A stretch of DNA of 58,657 nucleotides from NCBI GenBank assembly GCA_964621395.1, contig CAZULS010000002.1, positions 236,252 through 294,908 on the forward strand, read 5' to 3'. The position numbers and the translations under genes are program-made. Within the stretch, counting starts at the first letter, position 1, and every line of letters starts with the position of its first letter. Shown here piece after piece: positions 1 through 7,846 of this stretch. The stretch is from an uncultured Candidatus Saccharibacteria bacterium. GTDB taxonomy: Bacteria; Patescibacteriota; Minisyncoccia; Phycocordibacterales; JACNGX01. The notes beneath the pieces are model-generated. The model made no database searches, was not told the DNA's origin, and saw only the letters and a program-made list of their open reading frames with translations.

Positions 1-696
1 CGAATTGTCGGTTTCCGCGTCTTCGTTTTCCCAACCGAATTCATTCCAGGTTGGATCTGCGGTGCTGTAGCCAAGGGTGCCGGTGAAGGTGATGTCGGAT
101 GTTCGTCGTACTTGCAGATATTCCGAATCATCCGGCAAGCGAATAATCTGAATACCGGAGCGATTCGCAAACTGATCGGCAGCGTCAGTGGAGGCGGTAT
201 CACCGAGATTTTGCACATGGATGGTGATATCGTCGGCACTGCCACCCGAGACGGTATGATCAATATAAGCAACCGTCACCACGCCATCCTCGGCTGCGTT
301 TCCCGAGTCACGACCATATCCGGACGCCATGCCGTATACACTTGAAAGCGCTGTGCCTCCCACCTTAATCGTGGTGCGGACAACGTGACGATTGTTGTTG
401 CCAATATCGTTGTAGTCGAAGCTCGTATTGGTGATGATGAGATAACGGCCTGAATTTTGGATACGGAACGCTTGATTGCCCGTTTGCCGCGTAATATCCG
501 ACGACGTTTTCACTTCCGTGTCATAGGTTAGCGTGTTTTCGACATCATTAAGGTTGGTGATAAGCGATCCGCTTCCGGCACGCGCAATGTAGGCATCACC
601 CACCGCTGCATGCACGTTGACGAACGGCGTAAGCGCACACAGAAGCACCCCACACACCAAGACACTCTTTATGAGGAAGGGTGAATGTATACTCAT
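1..696 (-). CDS. secreted surface protein, 3' end outside window (partial)
   Basis: An rc ATG at 694-696 opens a stop-free frame that runs to nt 1. The N-terminus MSIHSPFLIKSVLVCGVLLCALTPFVNVHA looks like a signal peptide. It is absent from the ORF track because it is truncated. Confidence 0.5.
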   Translation of the reverse strand, partial: MSIHSPFLIKSVLVCGVLLCALTPFVNVHAAVGDAYIARAGSGSLITNLNDVENTLTYDTEVKTSSDITRQTGNQAFRIQNSGRYLIITNTSFDYNDIGNNNRHVVRTTIKVGGTALSSVYGMASGYGRDSGNAAEDGVVTVAYIDHTVSGGSADDITIHVQNLGDTASTDAADQFANRSGIQIIRLPDDSEYLQVRRTSDITFTGTLGYSTADPTWNEFGWENEDAETDNS

Positions 697-846
697 ATGT
701 GTTTCTCTGATGTGATACCACTCGCTTCGTGCCATGTCACCTTGAATTATACCCCGAACCATTCTCATTGAAAATACACTGAGCGCATGCATGTGGTAGT
801 CATGTCTTAGAGCCTGTTCACGGTTCTTGTGTACAAAAAATATATT

Positions 847-977
847 GTCATTCCGGGCTCCTGCCGAGCTTCACTTTCACTGAACACATTAAAGAATTAT
901 GGACGATAGAAGAAAAAATAAAAAGTATTTTACTATATATGGCATTGGTGGAAGTGGGGCTCTGGTGACCCGGAATC
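847..977 (+). repeat. R145 repeat, copy 1 (GTCATTCCGGG..CCCGGAATC arms around a ~110-nt insert)
   Basis: Alignable over its length to the reverse complement of 29940-30073. Confidence 0.7.
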
Positions 978-1010
978 TTCGTTATTTTGTTTCTTGAAGT
1001 TATTCGGGGA

Positions 1011-1035
1011 GATTCTGAGTCGAGCTCAGAATGAC
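1011..1035 (-). repeat. GTCAT-headed REP-like hairpin (TCTGAG stem class)
   Basis: The rc reads GTCATTCTGAGCTCGACTCAGAATC. Confidence 0.7.
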
Positions 1036-1084
1036 ATGTTTTCGCAGTCCTCACACGCATATCGTAATCATTATTAAATCAAGC

Positions 1085-1114
1085 AATCGCGCCGCACATA
1101 TGTGCGGCGCGATT
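1085..1114 (-). terminator. hairpin terminator candidate after the surface-protein gene
   Basis: Perfect palindrome AATCGCGCCGCACATATGTGCGGCGCGATT just 3' of the stop at 1137. Confidence 0.5.
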
Positions 1115-1136
1115 GAAAGAGAGAACGAAGCCAGTC

Positions 1137-2283
1137 CTAGCCCTTACTCTTTCTCTTGGGAACACGTACTTCCTTGCCCGGAGAGAGGGTGTAGGGTGGT
1201 TTGAGTTTATTCACCTTCACAAAGAGTTTCCATGGGATACGAAACGCCTTTGAAATTGTTTGTATATCGTCCCCTTCTTGCACAGTATAGGATACCCAAC
1301 GTTTAATCCACTGCGCTTTTTTCTTGGCAACATATACCATGAAAAGTAGCCACACGATACCGATGAGGATAATAATCTCCACAATCAATCCTCCAATGGT
1401 CGGCATGGAGAACAGCCAGTACGAAGAACCTTTGAGCGTCGTGAGTGCTTCGCCGCTTTCCGTACCAACACCGGCCGCCTCCCCTTTATCATAACTCACG
1501 GCAAGCGATGTGCGGTACCACCCGCCCCAGAAAGGCTTTTTGAGCTCGAAGTTTTGCTCAAATGTCTCACCGCGAAGAACAGGGAACTGCCCGCCGTGTT
1601 CATGGTAGAGAAATCCAAGGAGATGGCGCGTCTTTACACTGATATCGACATCCACGGAGACATTACCCGAGTTTTCCACTGAGGGCGTGAGGAAGAAACT
1701 GCCGTCGTCGCGCTTTGTAACGACAAAATCGCTGATGGTGATATCGCGTACCAGCTCACCCGGAACAGTGATGGCAACGCGCAACCCAAGACGAGTGGAA
1801 AGATTCACACCGGCTTTCTTTTCTTCATCCTCCTTTCTTTTCCTGAATGACAATACACCCATTATGCTCTCCAACGCTGGCATGTGCGGGAATGGTGATG
1901 GTAAACGGTACCAATTCATTGGTGCCCGGCTCAAGTGTGACCTCGCTCTTCTCAAGCTGAATCCAAGCACCGACAGTGTCTTTCGTATCCGACATCTGCT
2001 CACAGGCAAACGCCCCGCCGGTGGAAGGTGTGGAATCGGTTGCATAGACAAGCGCTGTCTTTGTTTCTTGCTTATTGTTTACCACGCGCACCCCCTCTTC
2101 AATGACTGTGCCCGGTTCCGCCGTATGCACAAAAATAGAATCAGTACGTGGATTATCTTCTTGCGGAAATGCCGGACGTCCGCCCAAACCGCCGTATTCA
2201 ATGGCATAGGTAAAAAACGGGGCAAGGAAAAGAAACGTGGCGAGAATACTACCGACAAGTACGTTGTGTGTCTGACTTACCAT
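1137..2283 (-). pseudogene. frameshifted cell-surface protein (signal peptide, beta-rich ectodomain, TM helix, C-terminal LysM)
   Basis: ORF 1825-2283 (N-terminal part) and ORF 1137-2051 (C-terminal part, with LysM-like YTVQEGDDIQTISKAF..LSPGKEVRVP) overlap in different frames. Joining them needs a +1 shift in the purine tract GAAAAGAAAGGAGGATGAAGAAAAG near 1825-1850. Confidence 0.6.
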
Positions 2284-2285
2284 AA

Positions 2286-2981
2286 TTAGCTTGCAGCAAT
2301 GGAGAGTACCATATCAATACTATAATCGGATGCTGCGGGTTGTTCGGCGGGAATCTCCTGGCTAATGGAAACGCTTCGCACCGTCCAATCACCGATATCA
2401 TCAGATCCTGAAGCACCGGTGACAACGGTGATGGTATCTGTGGTTCCTTCTTCAAATGCGTCTGATGAGCCGAGAGTGACGCTCGTCGTGGTGCATGATG
2501 CGCAATTTCCGGTGGCAAGAGTTGCGCCGGATGCGTCAACGGTCATCTGACCACCAAGACTATCGGTATCACCGCCATCGGTACATCCCGACCCGCTTGC
2601 ATCGTTGAAGTCAAAGTCGGTTCCCGCACTATCCCAGACATCGGTTGTTGCTGAAGCAGCAAGTGTCACCGACCAACCGTTGTCGGCTGCATCAGGATTG
2701 GAAACATAAATTTGCTCCGTTGCGGTACCGAATGAGCCGGTGGATGTTTGACACGAGAAACTAAAGTTGACGGCGTTCATGCTCATGGCAGGTGAGCCGA
2801 CCGATACATAACTGCCGTCTACAATGTCGACAGCAAGTGTTCCCGGGTTAATGGTTTGGGAAAATGTGGATGTGGATGATGCATACACAAGCGCGATGCC
2901 GCTTGAAAGCGCAACAAGTGCGATAGATATCATTACCGCAATTGCGACATTCCATCTTTCCACGATGTATTGAAGTATCAT
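2286..2981 (-). CDS. secreted Ser/Thr/Asp-rich surface protein (possibly WxL-like)
   Basis: 231-aa ORF with an N-terminal signal anchor and GWSVTL / DWTVRSVSI motifs, adjacent to the other surface-protein genes. Confidence 0.45.
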   Translation of the reverse strand: MILQYIVERWNVAIAVMISIALVALSSGIALVYASSTSTFSQTINPGTLAVDIVDGSYVSVGSPAMSMNAVNFSFSCQTSTGSFGTATEQIYVSNPDAADNGWSVTLAASATTDVWDSAGTDFDFNDASGSGCTDGGDTDSLGGQMTVDASGATLATGNCASCTTTSVTLGSSDAFEEGTTDTITVVTGASGSDDIGDWTVRSVSISQEIPAEQPAASDYSIDMVLSIAAS

Positions 2982-3126
2982 ATAACAAAAAAATATGTGC
3001 TATTAATTCCTCTTATTATATCAATTTTGCACCACACAGAACACTCTTTTTCAAGGGATAACACAGCAAACCACACAAAAATATTTTTGGCAAATTATAC
3101 TGTATATGGTACACTTGTACGCGCTA

Positions 3127-3200
3127 CGGGCTGTAGCATAGTGGTAGTGTGCACGATTCGGGTTCGTGCGGCGGCGGTTCGATTCCGCCCAGCCCGACCA
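3127..3200 (+). tRNA. tRNA-Pro (anticodon CGG), CCA encoded
   Basis: Cloverleaf folded by hand: acceptor CGGGCTG/CAGCCCG, anticodon loop TTCGGGT, T-arm GGCGG-TTCGATT-CCGCC. Confidence 0.9.
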
Positions 3201-3214
3201 AAGGGAGGGGTGGA

Positions 3215-3350
3215 ATGCCACACCTCAGATGCTAAATATTCTCCATACATTAAATTACCCCCCAAAGGGTCTAAACTATATGTATTGGGCACTTAGCTTA
3301 TGAGGTGTGGCATGTACGGAATCGAACGGCGGAGTATGTCTGGCGACTTA
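3215..3350 (+). ncRNA. partial tRNA-linked element (TLE-E0): 5' module only
   Basis: Arms ATGCCACACCTCA (3215-3227) and TGAGGTGTGGCAT (3301-3313) are followed by CGGAATCGAAC (3317-3327), which is complementary to the T-loop/stem of tRNA-Pro. The conserved 3' hairpin is missing. Confidence 0.5.
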
Positions 3351-3357
3351 ATTGTTT

Positions 3358-3428
3358 GTCATCCCGCACTTGACCCTAAACCACAAGCGGTCGGATACAA
3401 TACGGGATCTTCCCGAATATCCTCAAAG
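3358..3428 (+). repeat. long GTCAT hairpin variant (GTCATCCCGCACTTGA-insert-CGGGATC plus tail)
   Basis: Near-identical second copy at 26691-26760. Confidence 0.75.
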
Positions 3429-3440
3429 ACAAAAGAAGAA

Positions 3441-3511
3441 CGGGCCATAGTACAGTGGCAGTATGTACCCATGGGGTGGGTATGGCGGCGGTTCGATTCC
3501 GCCTGGCCCGA
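3441..3511 (+). tRNA. tRNA-Pro (anticodon GGG), no encoded CCA
   Basis: Acceptor CGGGCCA/TGGCCCG, anticodon loop ATGGGGT, T-arm GGCGG-TTCGATT-CCGCC. Confidence 0.9.
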
Positions 3512-3695
3512 ACGAACGAAGTGAGTGAGGGTCAGAGGGATGCAACTGCTTGCATCCCGTGCGGAATCGAAGGGCCGGAATATATCCTGCGCTTGCGCAG
3601 GATTTGAGGCGCCGTCCAAGAGTACTTGGCGAAATACAAGCTTCAGCGCAGTATTTCGGTTAGTAACTCTGGGACGATTCGCCTGGCCCGAACGA
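3512..3695 (+). ncRNA. tRNA-linked structured element TLE-E1 plus displaced partial tRNA-Pro 3' copy
   Basis: Hairpin at 3537-3558. GCGGAATCGAA (3561-3571) is the rc of the tRNA T-loop plus 3' T-stem. The conserved terminal hairpin spans 3614-3675 and ends TTAGTAACTCTGGGAC. Positions 3675-3695 repeat the tRNA from C56 to 4 nt past its end. Confidence 0.65.
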
Positions 3696-3696
3696 G

Positions 3697-3748
3697 AAAA
3701 CCCGAGGTTAAACCTTTGGATTTATCCAAAGGTTTAACCTCGGGTTTT
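3697..3748. terminator. 52-bp compound palindrome, probable bidirectional terminator
   Basis: AAAACCCGAGGTTAAACCTTTGGA-TTTATC-CAAAGGTTTAACCTCGGGTTTT, lying between the tRNA operon and convergent genes. Confidence 0.6.
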
Positions 3749-3784
3749 CCCTCGCGCTACAAAAAACCACCGTGTTTCAGGTGG

Positions 3785-4075
3785 TTATATCATGCCAAGC
3801 TCATAGGCAAAGCTTTTTCTTCTTTCCAATTCCTCCTTCGGACTATGTTTTTCCTCACGTGGAGAAAAGAAAGAGGAAAATAGAGCAATTATTTCTGGGA
3901 AAAGAATACCTTCCACATCATCAAGTGGTACATTTACCGCATTAAAAGTAACAAAAGCACTTATGCCTGAATGGAAATCACCGGAAAATGTGCACTGACC
4001 ATTCTCAAGATTAATCAATGTTGTATGTTGCATAGCAAAAAATATTTTTGTTTTGAAATTTTCCACCATTGACAA
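3785..4075 (-). CDS. hypothetical small protein
   Basis: 96-aa ORF 17 nt downstream of ddl on the same strand. No recognisable motif. Confidence 0.3.
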   Translation of the reverse strand: MSMVENFKTKIFFAMQHTTLINLENGQCTFSGDFHSGISAFVTFNAVNVPLDDVEGILFPEIIALFSSFFSPREEKHSPKEELERRKSFAYELGMI

Positions 4076-4092
4076 TACAACATTTTAGAAAA

Positions 4093-5016
4093 TTACACAA
4101 CATCCCCCACGACCATATGCACAATATGCTCCATAACCTCTTTTTTCGTCGCCCCCACGTTCTCCATTGCACTGTGGAGCGGTGAGGTGGCGGTGAAATC
4201 AGGTGTGGTGCGTACATCACGCACGATAATTTTCTTTGGTGTGAGCGTGAGATCCACGCGAATGAATCCTTCAAGCGAGAGCGCATCGGCTGTGGCACGA
4301 GCGGTTCGTTCGGCGTCTTTCCCCTCTTCTTTTGACCATACCTGAGGTATGCCGGCGATTGTAGATACCGGAGGGAATACATATCGTTCTTCTCCGCGAA
4401 ATTCGTCAATGAGGTACACGCTCATATGTTTTCCCTGCACGTCTTCTTCTACAAACACATCGCGCACGCCAGGTTGCATATCTGAAAGTGTATGTTCCAC
4501 CTCTTCAATAGCCATAAGTGGTGAAGCCATGTGGGCATTCTCTTCCACAGGAACACTCACAATGCGGAGCGGTAAAGGATGCGTTCGCACAATCGCCAAT
4601 GCCACCTCTTGAGCACTCGGCGCATCATATGCTCGGAGCGAAACCGCATGCGGTGTGTGTATGTCGTTCTCCTTGAGGAGCGTGGCACGTCTTTCCGGAT
4701 GATGAGCGGCTTGTTCCACAAAAGGAGACGCTCCTATATACGGAATACCATGCTGCTCGGCGAGGGTTACTATGCATACGGACATAGGTGACGCACCGGG
4801 AAAGACGGGCACCACAAGAGAAAGTGTGTCGAGTATACGTGAGGGTTCCACATGTATTCCGCCTTTCCACCACTTCCCTTTCTCATCGACAAAAATATCT
4901 TCCGTATCGTATACAATATCTTCACATGCGCGAATGAGTGCCGCGCCAAGTTCGAGCGAGCGCTCGCGTTCGTGTGCTTCTCCTCCCCGTATGATACCAA
5001 TGCGTTCTGCGTACAT
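4093..5016 (-). CDS. ddl: D-alanine--D-alanine ligase-like ATP-grasp enzyme
   Basis: The N-terminal RIGIIRGGEAHERERSLELG and C-terminal GFIRVDL..TTPDFTATSP resemble Ddl family signatures. Confidence 0.7.
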   Translation of the reverse strand: MYAERIGIIRGGEAHERERSLELGAALIRACEDIVYDTEDIFVDEKGKWWKGGIHVEPSRILDTLSLVVPVFPGASPMSVCIVTLAEQHGIPYIGASPFVEQAAHHPERRATLLKENDIHTPHAVSLRAYDAPSAQEVALAIVRTHPLPLRIVSVPVEENAHMASPLMAIEEVEHTLSDMQPGVRDVFVEEDVQGKHMSVYLIDEFRGEERYVFPPVSTIAGIPQVWSKEEGKDAERTARATADALSLEGFIRVDLTLTPKKIIVRDVRTTPDFTATSPLHSAMENVGATKKEVMEHIVHMVVGDVV

Positions 5017-5066
5017 GGCTTAAGTATAGCAGACAAACAAACGATAAACTATTAACTGTTGAACGA

Positions 5067-5097
5067 CCCTAAAACATGACAAGTCATGCTCGGGCAC
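5067..5097 (-). repeat. S-hairpin repeat (CCGAGCAYGA-loop-TCRTGCTTTAGG family)
   Basis: One of 6 copies; the others are at 10512, 16836, 40631, 52589 and 56682. Confidence 0.7.
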
Positions 5098-5139
5098 GTA
5101 AAAATAAGTTGTCATTCTGACCCCCGAGCCGGAATCTTA

Positions 5140-5191
5140 CAAAACCAAAGACTATCTTTGGTATGTATACCAAAGATAGTCTTTGGTTTTG
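5140..5191. repeat. P52 compound palindrome, copy 1
   Basis: CAAAACCAAAGACTATCTTTGGTAT-GT-ATACCAAAGATAGTCTTTGGTTTTG. Confidence 0.9.
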
Positions 5192-5253
5192 TTCGTCATC
5201 CCCTTTTCGAACAGGAAAATACAACAAAATAAAAAGGGGTGGATATACCCCTT

Positions 5254-5496
5254 TCAAAAACGTGTAAGAAAATTGTAGTAACGCCGGCTCTCAATTTCCT
5301 TTCCCCTGAGTTCTTGTGCTCTCTTCTCCGCGATTTCATAATCACAAAAGAAGGTCTTGATACCTCTTTTAAGGAGAGTAGAGACGTTCTCAAATTTAAT
5401 TCTTCCTGTATACCGTAGATGTTCTACGACACAATAGAGAACGTTAGAATCTTCAGTGACCGCCTGCCCATCAGTAGTTAAAATATTGTGTCTCAT
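5254..5496 (-). CDS. hypothetical small protein
   Basis: 80-aa ORF. The hairpin AAAGGGGTGGATATACCCCTTT overlaps its stop codon. Confidence 0.45.
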   Translation of the reverse strand: MRHNILTTDGQAVTEDSNVLYCVVEHLRYTGRIKFENVSTLLKRGIKTFFCDYEIAEKRAQELRGKEIESRRYYNFLTRF

Positions 5497-5658
5497 GTCT
5501 GCTGTATCTTTTGTTTACCATTACTCTCTATACACAATACTCGAAAAGGTCATTATGTCAATCTCCGAAAGGACGGTCCTGTCTGCAAGATTCTCATTTT
5601 TATGGTGTAATGTTGTCTCGCTTATAATGAGTGAAGACGGACTTCGTTGATTAGACAA

Positions 5659-6870
5659 CTATTTCTTGATTGTATCACGCTTTTTACGATGGCGGGCGAT
5701 TGAGAGGCGATGTGCCTCACTATTGGCAAGGAGGATTGCACTTTCATGCTCGGTGGTAAGCTCTTTATCGCCAAGAATCTCTCGCGGCTTGTGTTTTTCA
5801 TCCTTCACCACAGACACAATCGGGGTACCGACACCCGCTTCTTTGAGCACACGCTCTGCACGATTCTTCTGTGCTTTACCGCCGTCGATCACAATCAGTT
5901 TGGGATACTGCCATTCAGGATGCGCAAGCCTGCGCGAGAGAATCTCGGCAAGCGCACCCACGTCGTCGCCCGGCTTTGCTTCTTTCAGAGAAAATGTGCG
6001 GTATTCACTCGTTGCTTTCTCCCCTCCCTCAACCACACTCATCACCCCCACAGCATCACTGCCTCCCATATGCGCCGTGTCATATCCTTCAATGCGATAG
6101 CTATCCTCCTCTTTTGTATCACGCTTAAGGAGAGCAATATCATGCACGTGCTCCAGATTAAAGAGCATACGCTTGAGCCGTGACGCTTCTTCAAATTCTT
6201 CCTTTTTGGCGGCTCGGAGCATATCGCGCTCCAGCTTTTCAATCAACACTTTTTTCTTCCCTGAAAGAAACATCTCCAAGCGTTTGATATGCTTTCGATA
6301 TTCTCGTGCATTCATCTCACCCGTGCACACACCCGGACACAGTGCAATCTGACAATTAAAACACGGTTTTCCCGAATGTGGTGTGCACGTGTCTCGAAAG
6401 GGAAAAATTTTGCGGATGATTTTAAGCGCTTCACGAATCACACCACCTTTGGGAAACGGTCCGAAAAAAGAGCGCACATCCTGCTGTCCGTCTTCAGCAA
6501 AAAGCTCTCGCCCACGACGAAGCAGTACGCGCGGGAACTCTTCATCGGTAATGACAATATAGTAAAAACTGGTATCGCTCTTTTCTTTGGAATTATATGC
6601 CGGCTGATGCTTCTTAATTAACACTGCCTCACGAATAAGCGCATCAAGGACTGATTCCGTTTCTTCAAACGTCACTTTCTTTGCCGCCTCAGTCATTCTT
6701 TCAATAAGCGGGCCGCGAGAAGTGGCGGTGTCGGCATTGAAATAGCTGCGCACGCGGTCTTTGAGCGACGTGGCTTTTCCCACATATAAAATCTTCCCCC
6801 GCCCATCACGAAAAAGATACACACCGGGCGCATCAGGAAGCGTTATTTTTTTGAGATCTTCGCGGGTCAT
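5659..6870 (-). CDS. uvrC: excinuclease ABC subunit C, short form lacking the C-terminal HhH domain
   Basis: GIY-YIG N-terminus (GVYLFRDGRGKILYVGKA), a UVR motif region, and an RNase H-like endonuclease domain (RIEGYDTAH). Confidence 0.9.
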   Translation of the reverse strand: MTREDLKKITLPDAPGVYLFRDGRGKILYVGKATSLKDRVRSYFNADTATSRGPLIERMTEAAKKVTFEETESVLDALIREAVLIKKHQPAYNSKEKSDTSFYYIVITDEEFPRVLLRRGRELFAEDGQQDVRSFFGPFPKGGVIREALKIIRKIFPFRDTCTPHSGKPCFNCQIALCPGVCTGEMNAREYRKHIKRLEMFLSGKKKVLIEKLERDMLRAAKKEEFEEASRLKRMLFNLEHVHDIALLKRDTKEEDSYRIEGYDTAHMGGSDAVGVMSVVEGGEKATSEYRTFSLKEAKPGDDVGALAEILSRRLAHPEWQYPKLIVIDGGKAQKNRAERVLKEAGVGTPIVSVVKDEKHKPREILGDKELTTEHESAILLANSEAHRLSIARHRKKRDTIKK

Positions 6871-6937
6871 AGATGAGTTGAGAGTAAAGAGAGGAGAGTT
6901 GAGAGAATGTAACTCCTTCAGTATATATTATTTTGGG

Positions 6938-7048
6938 CCGTGAATCTCAAAACTATTTTTGAAAAACCTTATTTTTAGCCATTTTTGAATTTTTTATCGG
7001 ATTTTCACACACACATTTAAGCCATATTTTGAGTTTTGAGATTCACGG
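6938..7048. repeat. 17-bp inverted repeat pair in the divergent uvrC / 7145 promoter region
   Basis: CCGTGAATCTCAAAACT (6938-6954) pairs with AGTTTTGAGATTCACGG (7032-7048). Confidence 0.6.
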
Positions 7049-7057
7049 TTTGGGGTG

Positions 7058-7086
7058 TTGACAAAATATGTGTCATGGTATATATT
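7058..7086 (+). promoter_or_regulatory. sigma70-like promoter candidate
   Basis: TTGACA, a 17-nt spacer, then TATATT, located 59 nt upstream of the ATG at 7145. Confidence 0.45.
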
Positions 7087-7144
7087 TATTTTCAGTTTCG
7101 CAATAGCTTAGAAAAATACCTTTGATCCTTCAAAAGAAAAAACT

Positions 7145-7516
7145 ATGGAAAAGAAAATTGTCATATGCAACTGGGGTTCATGGGGATACATGGATCGTAG
7201 CAATCCCGTAGACGAAGCTTGCTACAATGAACAAACAGAAATCATTCAGAAATACCTTGAGGGAAAAGGATTCTCTGTAACTGTTGTTAAACAAAAATTA
7301 CAGCCCGGTGATTTTGAGCCATACATGGGTGTAATTTTCCTCACGAGAGGAGAGATTGGATTCGCTCAAGAAGTAAAAGCCATGTTCCCTCATATCAACG
7401 TTTTGCTTTTAAGTGCCATGCCGCCGGCACAAGGGTCTGGCGGGGTCAAAATTCTCGATAAGGATATTGACTGGAAATTCTTACCAAAGATAGTCGCATT
7501 GCTTTCGGAAGAATGA
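7145..7516 (+). CDS. hypothetical protein
   Basis: 123-aa ORF with its own promoter-like motif and a downstream terminator. Confidence 0.55.
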   Translation: MEKKIVICNWGSWGYMDRSNPVDEACYNEQTEIIQKYLEGKGFSVTVVKQKLQPGDFEPYMGVIFLTRGEIGFAQEVKAMFPHINVLLLSAMPPAQGSGGVKILDKDIDWKFLPKIVALLSEE

Positions 7517-7532
7517 CATAACAAGGTGCTAA

Positions 7533-7558
7533 AGCTGGGGAAACACCCAGCTTTTTTG
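7533..7558 (+). terminator. rho-independent terminator candidate
   Basis: AGCTGGGGAAACACCCAGCT followed by a T-run. Confidence 0.6.
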
Positions 7559-7619
7559 TTGCGGGTAATAAGCGGCGCTGTGCATTTATGCACAGCGCCG
7601 CTTATTTAAATAATAACTT

Positions 7620-7702
7620 GTCATCCTGAACTTGATTCAGGATCCAGGCAGACACGAATATGTGCACAAAACTCTAGATTCCGGCTCGGGGGCCGGAATG
7701 AC
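7620..7702. repeat. convergent doublet of GTCAT hairpins (REP/BIME-like)
   Basis: GTCATCCTGAACTTGATTCAGGATC (7620-7644) and, on the rc strand, GTCATTCCGGCCCCCGAGCCGGAATC (7677-7702). Confidence 0.75.
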
Positions 7703-7722
7703 AGGAATATAGATTTGGAAGA

Positions 7723-7826
7723 GGTAACGTTGGGACAACGTTGTACCAACGTTATCTGAAAAACAATGCGCGGGCGTCCCCACTCCGCCAAGACTCCGAC
7801 GGGGCAAGTAGCCCGCGCATTGCTTT
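7723..7826. repeat. N35 module (AACGTTGG palindromes) plus CAATGCGCG..CGCGCATTG hairpin; a composite 3' flank shared with uvrB
   Basis: Homologous composite at 12030-12131. Confidence 0.65.
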
Positions 7827-7846
7827 CCATTCTTCATTCATAATTC

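Noticed and set aside
1825-1850. The frameshift could be an RF2-like programmed +1 event, since AGGAGG lies upstream of an in-frame TGA.
   Set aside because: The codon before the stop (GGA) cannot re-pair in the +1 frame (GAT). The SD-like string is simply part of a Lys/Glu-coding purine tract. A mutation or a sequencing indel is more likely.
1687-2289. A 200-aa plus-strand ORF lies antisense to the surface-protein gene. Similar long antisense ORFs are at 19905-20540, 20888-21403, 25367-25927, 35957-36538, 44867-45517 and 52702-53325.
   Set aside because: They are shadow ORFs opposite well-supported genes with recognisable motifs. They have low-complexity or Arg/Ser/Cys-rich translations and no independent signals.
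3512-3674. The TLE could be a group I (or other self-splicing) intron interrupting a tRNA.
   Set aside because: The upstream tRNA is already complete and foldable. The insert is not in the anticodon loop. At 160-180 nt it is too small, and I could not find the conserved group I core pairings. The element ends in ..GGGAC rather than in a terminal G.
3675-3695. The partial tRNA copies (also at 22382-22400, 46780-46787, 47040-47078 and 47415-47427) could be extra tRNA genes.
   Set aside because: They contain only the T-loop-to-3'-end portion and have no D or anticodon arm.
3095-3737. Several 65-108-aa ORFs lie across the tRNA-Pro locus.
   Set aside because: They overlap two tRNA genes and the TLE and repeat sequence, and there is no coding signal.
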